A model generated the notes under the pieces. It searched no databases and had not been told where the DNA came from. It was given only the letters and a program-made list of their open reading frames with translations. A stretch of 64,000 nucleotides of DNA from Macrostomum lignano. Taxonomy: Eukaryota. The translations under genes were made by a program, and so were the position numbers. The stretch spans positions 117,920 through 181,919 of the forward strand of contig NIVC01002345.1 of the NCBI GenBank assembly GCA_002269645.1, read 5' to 3'. Position 1 is the stretch's first letter. The number at the start of each line of letters is the position of its first letter. Positions 55,380 to 64,000 of this stretch are shown here, piece after piece.

Positions 55380-55795
55380 ACAGATAGATAGATAGGTAGA
55401 TAGATAGATAGATAGATAGATGGATGGATGGATAGATAGACACACATGTAGACAGACAGAAAGACAGGCAGACAGACAGACAGACAGACAGACAGACATA
55501 CAGACAGACAGACAGAAAGATAGACAGGCAGACAGACAGACAGAAAGATAGAGACAGGCAGACAGACAGCCAGACAGACAGACAGACAGAAAGATAGAGA
55601 CAGGCAGACAGACAGCCAGACAGACAGACAGAAAGATAGACAGACAGACAGACAGACAGAAAGATAGACAGGCAGACAGACAGACAGAAGGATATACAGA
55701 CAGACGGACAGACAGACAGACAGACAGAAGGATAGACAGGCAGACAGACAGACAGACAGACAGACAGAAGGATAGACAGGCAGACAGACAGACAA
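55380..55795. repeat. (GATA)n/(GACA)n microsatellite
   Basis: GATA run grading into GACA/GGCA units. Confidence 0.95.
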
Positions 55796-57565
55796 GATAT
55801 ATGCATTCATGCATACAGATAGCTCATATTTCTCTAGTTGAAAGCAATTTGCCAATAGAAAATGGTAATTCTTAACAAGTGCAGGCAATTTGCTCAAGTG
55901 CCAAGGGGCAAATTGGCAGGTGCAAGCAGCAGTCTGCCTTCCCACACTTGTACGTGCGTGCCGCGCCAATGTTGCTGGGAGCGGAGCTGAGCATGATCGT
56001 GCTAGCAACTGGGAGAGCCCATGGGTTGGAGCTGCGGATATTTGAAGTTTGTTCAGCTTTTGCGCCGCGCCTTTGTCCTGCAAACACGGCCTCTGGCATG
56101 AGGGCCAGTTCTTGTGCTCAGCTGAATTTGAAAAAGAAGAAAAATGAATGAAAGAAAGTTTGTTGCCACTGGAGCGCGCTCAGTTTTTAGCATTTTCTCA
56201 GGTCAGTCAGAAGAATTCCTTCTTTGGGATCGATTTTTGTCAATATATTTGGCACGAACTGCTCAAGTGGCAACAGAAGGACTCACGCTTGCAAATCGTC
56301 TCGAAAGAGATACACTGATCAAAGATCAAAGTCTGACTTTGTGTCTGTCTCCGTCATTTTGTCTGTGTGTCTTTGTTTCCTTGTATGTGTCTTTGTGTCT
56401 GTCTGTCGTCTGACTGTGCGTCTGTCTTACTTTTTGTTTGTCTTTTGTCTTTGTGTTTGTCTTTTTGTCTGTGTTTCTTTGTATCGGTCTTTGTGTCAGC
56501 CTTTGTGTCCCTGTGTGTATGTGTGCCTAATTGTTAATTCCTGTCATTGTAAAGATTTCTTTCACTGTGATTTCTTTGTAATAAAATGGTAAAATAACCT
56601 TCAACAAACGAGTTATTTGTAGTTTAGAATTTTATACTTCTGCAGAAATATTATAACCAGAGTAGACTTTCTCAAGCAACCATTGTTCCGATTATATAGG
56701 CGTCGAACTACTGATTAAAAATAATAAAAAAAGTTAAAATGGTTAAATGATCGCTAATAGTTGCGACAGCAGAGCAAGTATATGCAAACATGCAGTTGGA
56801 GCAACTACATAAGTTTGGTTAGGGTGTCAAACATTAAGTAAACTATAGCATAAGTTGAAACTAGTAGACATTGTGCCAATATGAAACAGTTAGCTTTCGA
56901 AGCAAAGCCAAGGGTAAATCAATTTAGTAATTATGGCTGATGGCTTTTCTGACAGTGCTTTGACCCCTTGCTGGAGTGGGTGAAAAGTCAGCGCTGTGAT
57001 GAGAAACACTCATAGCTGGAACTAAAACAGCTCACAGCTATTGGGGTTGCAAATTAACTCGAGTGGAATTAATTAGCCTAATTTATCCATGCCAAGCCGA
57101 GTTACAATCGGAAACTGCATTTGACAGCGAAAATGCTGGCGTATATGGATTGAGGCTGCATGGTAGGCATATAGCTGTGAACTGTATTTACAGCCAACTT
57201 CAAGGGTTGCCTCGCCCCATAGAGACAGAAACCTTGGCTTGACAACGCCAGTTTTCTTCCGGTCTCTGGGGGGAGGGGGGAACAAATCCCACTATGCCAC
57301 GGCCTCCATTGTGTGTCAGTTGGCACATTTCCGTATTGAATCAGAACACTGCACTCTTCATTAGTCACTATACCTACGGAGCAAGCGATGTCGTAGAGGT
57401 GAAATAAACATTAATATTTTACCGATGATGTTACAAATATCTCAAGTTCAGGGTTTACATTAACTGTCTAAAATTGACAGGAGTTATGCGCCTTGATATG
57501 AGTAAAACTTGTTGAGTTAGTTAAAATTGAAGAAACTATCAGATCAGCGTGTGTCGGTGGAGCTC

Positions 57566-59520
57566 TCAGATGAGGGTCTCCCTCGTTGTGTCCGCGGCCG
57601 CTGCCTGCCAGCTGGCAGCCGAGTCGCTTTCATATCCAGCTTCTCTTCTTCCTCTTTGAAGCAGCTGCTGTTGCTGCCGCTGCTGCTGCTGTTGCAGCTT
57701 CAGCTGTTGCAGAATTCTCGGACGAACCGCCTGCTTCTGGACGGCCGCGGCTGCGGCGGCTGCCTTCGAGGCCGGCCGAAGAAACGTCGACGGGCTCGAC
57801 TCCAGGCGGACAATCTCCGGCGGCGACGGTGGCGACGGCTGGCGCCAGGCCGACATCGGCGCCGGCGGCGTTAGCGGCGGAGTCAGCAGCGGTGGAGGCG
57901 GAGGCGTTGGAGGCGGCGGCGACAGGCGACGAACTTCGGGTCGATGACGAGGACAAGAGCCCCGGCCGCTGGTTGGAGCAGGTCGACGACGAGGCTGATG
58001 ATGCCTCTGCTGATGCTGCTGATGCTGCACCAGCTGTCGCTGCTGTTGAATCTCTTTACGTCGTCGTTTCGTCATCTTTGAGATGTCAACGCTATCGGCA
58101 GCTGCCTCGTCAGACGAATCGGCATTCACCCGGATGTGGCAGCGGTTGTCGCAACGCTGGCGCTGTCGTCGTCGCAGTAGTCGACGCGAGCCTTCTGCAG
58201 GCTGGCCCGCTGCTTCTGGCTGGCGATGCGCAGCAGGATGATGTCGCACAGCATGGAGGACAGGCCGAACAGGGCCAGGCCGCTGCCCAGGTTCATCGAC
58301 AGGCTGTAGAAATCGAAGCGGCCGCCCTCGCCAGACACGGACACGAATATCTTGATGCCGTAGGCGTGCACCAGCATTCGGCGGTCTTCGCCCTCGCTGC
58401 GGTAGTTGTAGGCGTACTGCACCGAGAAGCCATGCGTGTCGGTGCCTCGCCCGGTGTCCAACTCGCGGAAGTGGTACTTCGGCAGGCAGCGCTCGTCAGG
58501 CAAGTCGAAGTTGCACATCCAGGAGATGTCAACTCCGATAGCTCCGCCAACTCTGTAGATGTCCTCGGCCGATTTGGCGTCGCCTGTGGCGTAGTGAAGA
58601 ATGTCGCCCAGCCGGAACACGGGGCAATAAGTGAAGTTGGGATGCTGCTGCTCGTACAGGCAGTTGTGCAGGTAGTCGCTGGTCATCCAATCCAAAATGT
58701 TTCGCCGCTTCTTGTCGAACGCTCGAAAGTCGACGCTGTTCTTGAGTAGAATGGTGAAGTCTCTGGCTCGGGTGAGCACAGATTGGCCTGGCAGCTGGAA
58801 ATTGTCCTCCATGAGCAGCGGGCACCAGCCGTACGACATGCAGGTGTGCGTACTGCTGTTGCACTTGCCCGTGCGCCGCCCGTATTCGCCGATGGTTCCG
58901 CCGGCGCAGTCGCTGTCCCAGTAGCAGTGTCCGGCCCTCTCTGGACAAGCCGACATCGACTGGCGATCGGTGACGCGAGCGTTAGTCGTGATAAAGATGG
59001 CGCCGTTCATGATCGGGGGAATGATGTAGTCCGCAGCGTCCCAGACCCTCGCTCCGTTGTCCCAGTCGTCGCTTTTGTTAACAAAATCCAAACCCTTCAC
59101 TTTGAAAACAACGCCGCCCTCTGGAGTCTCCTTGGCCTGGTAGCCTTTCTTGTGCCAGATGATGTAGAACAAGAAGTACACAATCACAGACAGCTGGACG
59201 CTGCGATAAAACAAGCCAAACTTAATGCTTCGGATCACCACCACTTTTTGCAGCTTGTATTCAAAGAAGCCGGCCAGAATTTTGTGAAGAAACTGCGGTC
59301 CCGGGCGACTCGTGCGGGCCTGCGACGGCTGCTTCTCGTGCTCCATGACTGGTTTAGCGTTGGCCTTAGTCTGTCGGGATTGACTCAACGTTGGGCGAGG
59401 AGATTTCGGGTATTTTATTTTCCCTTTGGGCCAATCGGAACCCATCAAGCTTTCATTGGCTGATACTGGGGAATCAGCCAACCTACCCTTGTAGTCCAGA
59501 GTCGAGTGTGGAAGTGGCAT
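57566..59520 (-). CDS. P2RX: P2X-family trimeric ion channel, single coding exon. Core 59520-58129; probable Pro/Gln-rich tail 58128-57566 after a -1 frame break
   Basis: Contains FFEY, TM1, KKGYQ, FKVKG, WDAADY, FITTN, all ten ectodomain cysteines, GWCP, DFTILLKNSVDF, YCPVFRLGDI, GGAIG..I.W.CNFD, AYGI, and TM2 NLGSGLALFG...CDIILL. The first in-frame ATG is at 59520 (alternatives 59445, 59346). Confidence 0.95.
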
Positions 59521-60411
59521 GAGAACCAACAGAGAGGAGGAGAAGCTGAGAGCTTTAATACGAGCTACGGCATCTGCTATTGACAGATTGACAGATTGAA
59601 GTATCTCGCTAAAGAACAAAACTCAAATTTTAAATGACGGAAACGCAAGTCAATCAATAATCGCAGTGCTCAATCGGTAAACAGTTTATTGACAAATAAA
59701 ATCATTAAAATATTAATGAATTTGTTTTACTGGTTGACTATTGACCATATATAAGGCTCTAATTACATGTAACTACCGAGTTTACGTCCAATTCGCACGA
59801 GTTTTATTCAGATTCCTGTAGTCTAGTCAATATTGAAGCATTGATGGTAGACTTAGCTGGATAAAGTATGAATAGAATAAAATATCTGGCAAGCTTGAAA
59901 CCAACGGCAAGTTTTACTAGCTAGTATTATTAAAGATAAAAACTAATCAGACGTAAATTAAAAGTATTGACATCCTCGATATGCTCAATAAATAGGAGTT
60001 AGCTGTTAAATACCGTAATGTCTTTGATACTCACAATAGCTTTCCTTGCAATAGCATCGAAAAAGAAATTATCGAGCTTGTTAGCTAACAAGCTATGTTA
60101 CAAATTATTTAACTCTAATGCTGTTTAAAAATTATTCGAGAAAAGCTCTCCACGCAAAATCGTCAGAAAACATTAAAACTCGTGTTTTAATCGACCCGAC
60201 GGAATGAATAAAGAAACTTGCCAAGTTATTTTGATGTTTCCGCGGACGAGCTTACATAACTGGTTTTTTTGCAGGCGTGGTGAGCAGATTATACATGTAC
60301 TCATTTTTTATGGCAAAAACCAAATAGAAAATATCCTTTAATCAAGTTATAAGCGAAAAAAAGTTCTTCTTCGACGGCTCTAGCTCTTATCCAAAGGGTT
60401 TTTCATACGTC

Positions 60412-61823
60412 TCAACGGTCGTCCTTTTCATCCGCTAGACTCTTAGCGGCAACTCGACCAATTGCTTCTTGCAGAAGCAGAGCTCCGGTGCGAATGACCG
60501 ATCGAGCTGACCGCTTCCGGTTAGCGCCTTCGCCAAGATTGCAGGACTTTCGCTCGCAATCCACCGGTAGCATCTTCGACAGCTTGTTCGACTTGAGCGC
60601 ATCGTCAAGCCTTGGCTTCCTGGGAACTGTGGCGCTTGTTGAACGGCTTCCTCCGCCGGTTTTGATCGACTCGGTGTCCAGAATTAACGAAACAACTTGA
60701 ACACCGCCAACTTCGGCCAAGAACATCTGCATAAATGCATAAATAAATCAGCAAAAATGTTTTTGGTGACCAGATACTGCTAGCTACGTGTCTGGGTCTT
60801 TTCAGGAATAAGGATTCCAACTTTTCAAACTGTTCCAAGGTTCATGGAGGAAAGAAGGGGCAGAATACAGCTCTGCAAATTTAGAGGTTTGTGCCAAAAA
60901 AATCGGTGGTAAATGGCCTGCACGTAAAAGGTCTAAAGAAACGTTCAAATCTTCATCAAATTAATCCGGCTTTTGTGTGATAACGCAGCTTGTGCAAATC
61001 GCGTGATTTGATAGCTCAATTGACGACAGTATCCTCAAAATAAGCATGGCCTACTTACCTGGTAGGTGCCCTCGCCAACTTTTCGTACCAATCGTACGCG
61101 TCTTCCCCGGCTGTCTTTAGCAAACTCGGCCTTGTTCTTCTCTTCGCCGCCCGGTTCGTCAACAGCAGCAGCGATGGATCGCCTGAGCAGAGCGCCTGAA
61201 CGTTGGCGCTTTTCAGGCGACGTAGCGTAATAGGCAATCAGATCGACTACGGTTTTGAATCGGCGGTTCGAGTACAGGTAGTAACCAGCCGGGCTCTCCC
61301 TGACCAGGTAGTGCTTCACCCTAGAGGACTCTTGCTTCGTCAGCTGGCCCTCTACCACGGAGGCGCTTCGCCGAGCTCGGAAGAGACGGGACATCAGCGC
61401 AGCCACGGAGGAGTTACGCACTCCGTCGGCCCCGTCACGTCGCCTCGAAGAGTTCACTTCTTTTAGTACGCTGATAGCGTACCTTTCGCGACGGCTGTGA
61501 CAGGGCCTGAGCAGGTAAGTTCCACCCTGCCTGTCGCCGCTAAGCAGCAGCTTGTTGGCCTCCTGTCTGGTGCAGTTCACCCAACAGTCGAGACTTTCCA
61601 CTTGTCTATAAATCGACTCTTCGCTCTTGATTGTAGCGATGGTTGAAACCGGAGTTGAAGAGTCTCTTGGCGGCAGGGCCGGTGGTGGCGGCGACTCTTG
61701 ACGACGTTTCTGCAGCGCGTCGCTCCGTCTGCGAAGTTGAACCGTGTTGTTGTCCGAGTTTTCCACCGCCATCATTGAAGGTGGACGGGGTGGCAGTTCC
61801 GGAGGTTCGCTTGAGTTGACCAT
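60412..61823 (-). CDS. SH2-domain protein with proline-rich N-terminus and a truncated kinase N-lobe. Exons 61823-61059 and 60726-60412, 359 aa
   Basis: Contains PPELPPRP/PPALPPR motifs and an SH2 domain (WVNCTRQEANKLLL..GTYLLRPC..RYAISV..VKHYLVR..YYLY..RFKTVVDLIAYY), then RLVRKVGEGTYQ|MFLAEV. Donor CAG|GTAAGT at 61059; acceptor TTTATGCAG|ATG at 60726. Confidence 0.8.
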
Positions 61824-62444
61824 GGCTAATAGACTGCTTGATGAAGTTTACTAGGAATTCGCTTTCGCTGCGACCAAAAACGAGATCAAACTGCGGTGGA
61901 ATATAAACTAAAAATTAACTAGCTGATCTAAGAGCTATAAGATTCAACAGCATTAAAGCTAAATAGTTTTTAGGGTGGTGTTAAAAATCATTTGACTTCA
62001 TGTTTGCATTACAGTTAGGCGCAGTCGAATCCTGTTTACATTCTGGTGGTCGCTTGAAATTTGGTGGGCACAAATCTGGCTGGCTTTAAAGTTCAGCATT
62101 TCAGCGCATGAGCCTAGTTATTGGAGGTGAAGTTTCACTATAGCTTTTCCGCTAGCTGACAGGATATACAAGCAAACTGAGAGTGTAGAAACTATTAGTT
62201 AGTTATAAGTGTCTGTTACAGAATCTTCCAACTGCATTGGCATAAGCAGCATCAGTGAAAATTAAAACCATCGGATTCAGTTAGAACTTGTTTATGCTGC
62301 CTCTGATTCTAAACAGCTGTCAGCTGAGACAGCTAGTGTGCTTTCTGCAAATAAATATAATTAAATCAAATCGTGTGCATACGTGTTCCTAGATGCATTA
62401 AAACAGTGTAGACCGAAGTAGGGACAGGGTAGGTAGATGCATGG

Positions 62445-63918
62445 AAATCGGCAGATAGAGGCATGGAAATCGGCAGATAGAGGCATGGAGATTTGTAGAT
62501 AGATGCATATAGATCAGCAGATAGATGCATATAGATCAGCAGATAGATGCATATAGAGATCAGCAGATAGATGCATATAGAGATCAGCAGATAGATGCAT
62601 ATAGAGATCAGCAGATAGATGCATAGAAATCAGCAGATAGATGCATATAGAGATCAGCAGATAGATGCATATAGAGATCAGCAGATAGATGCATATAGAG
62701 ATCAGCAGATAGATGCATAGAAATCAGCAGATAGATGCATATAGAGATCAGCAGATAGATGCATAGAGATCAGCAGATAGATGCATATAGATCAGCAGAT
62801 AGATGCATATAGAAATCAGCAGATAGATGCATATAGAGATCAGCAGATAGATGCATAGAAATCAGCAGATAGATGCATATAGAGATCAGCAGATAGATGC
62901 ATAGAAATCAGCAGATAGATGCATATAGAGATCAGCAGATAGATGCATATAGAGATCAGCAGATAGATGCATATAGAGAGATCAGCAGATAGATGCATAG
63001 AAATCAGCAGATAGATGCATATAGAGATCAGCAGATAGATGCATAGAGATCAGCAGATAGATGCATATAGATCAGCAGATAGATGCATATAGAAATCAGC
63101 AGATAGATGCATATAGAGATCAGCAGATAGATGCATAGAAATCAGCAGATAGATGCATATAGAGATCAGCAGATAGATGCATAGAAATCAGCAGATAGAT
63201 GCATATAGAGATCAGCAGATAGATGCATAGAAATCAGCAGATAGATGCATATAGAGATCAGCAGATAGATGCATATAGAGATCAGCAGATAGATGCATAG
63301 AGATTAGCAGATATAGATGCATAGAGATCAGCAGATAGATGCATATAGAGATCAGCAGATAGATGCATATAGAGATCAGCAGATAGATGCATAGAGATTA
63401 GCATAGATAGATGCATAGAGATCAGCAGATAGATGCATATAGAAATCAGCAGATAGATGCATAGAAATCAGCAGATAGATGCATATAGGAGATCAGCAGA
63501 TAGATGCATAGAGATCAGCAGATAGATGCATACATGTAGAGATCAGCAGATAGATGCATAGAGATCAGCAGATAGATGCATAGAGATCAGCAGATAGATG
63601 CATAGAGATCAGCAGATAGATGCATAGAGATCAGCAGATAGATGCATATAGAGATCAGCAGATAGATGCATAGAGATTAGCCAGATATAGATGCATAGAG
63701 ATTAGCAGATATAGATTGCATAGAGATCAGCAGATAGATGCATAGAGATCAGCAGATAGATGCATAGAGATCAGCAGATAGATGCATAGAGATCAGCCAG
63801 ATAGATGCATAGAGATCAGCAGATAGATGCATAGAGATCAGCAGATAGATGCATAGAGATCAGCAGATAGATGCATAGAGATCAACAGATAGATGCATAG
63901 AGATCAGCAGATAGATGC
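62445..63918. repeat. 22/24-bp satellite (GCAT(AT)AGAGATCAGCAGATAGAT)
   Basis: Tandem units; scattered single-base indels toward 63480-63800. Confidence 0.97.
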
Positions 63919-64000
63919 TGCAGAGCCGGAGATCTGCCCAAGCAGGCCAACAAAGCAGTTTTGCTACTTTACTACTCAAACTCAGTTTCAATTGCTTTAA

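Noticed and set aside
50596-56083. Long QTDR/CLSV ORFs
   Set aside because: Translations of GACA/CTGT microsatellites.
57063-57242. 59-codon plus-strand open frame (VELISLIYPCQ...)
   Set aside because: Short, no ATG, no recognisable homology.
20408-58131. Programmed -1 ribosomal frameshifting in Vangl, UTP20 and P2X
   Set aside because: No X XXY YYZ slippery heptamer at any site; all three are fixed by lengthening a 3-nt G/C run, which is typical of long-read consensus error.
57586-58749. 387-aa plus-strand ORF
   Set aside because: In-register antisense shadow of the GC-rich P2X coding sequence; no independent domain is recognisable.

Overview
Eukaryotic (metazoan) genomic DNA. GC-rich exons encoding polyQ/polyA-rich proteins alternate with AT-rich spacers and introns stuffed with minisatellites; this style suggests a free-living flatworm such as Macrostomum (inference only). 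Five protein-coding genes are supported. (1) The 5' part of a non-muscle myosin II heavy chain (minus strand, 5 exons, runs off the left edge); its fifth intron has a U12-type 5' splice site. (2) A 4-exon Vang/Strabismus gene. (3) A 15-exon UTP20 gene. (4) An apparently intronless P2X-family channel that lacks several canonical ATP-binding residues and probably has a long Pro/Gln tail ending in a PDZ-type motif. (5) A 2-exon SH2 protein followed by only a stub of a kinase N-lobe. The spacer between myosin and Vangl holds six small transposon insertions: two CCC-terminated elements with 8-bp TSDs, a 1.1-kb miniature LTR element, two hAT MITEs and one further MITE. Another hAT MITE lies just upstream of UTP20. 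Vangl, UTP20 and P2X each carry one -1 frame break at a 3-nt G/C run, most simply explained as assembly deletions. All coordinates were derived by hand; no searches were run.
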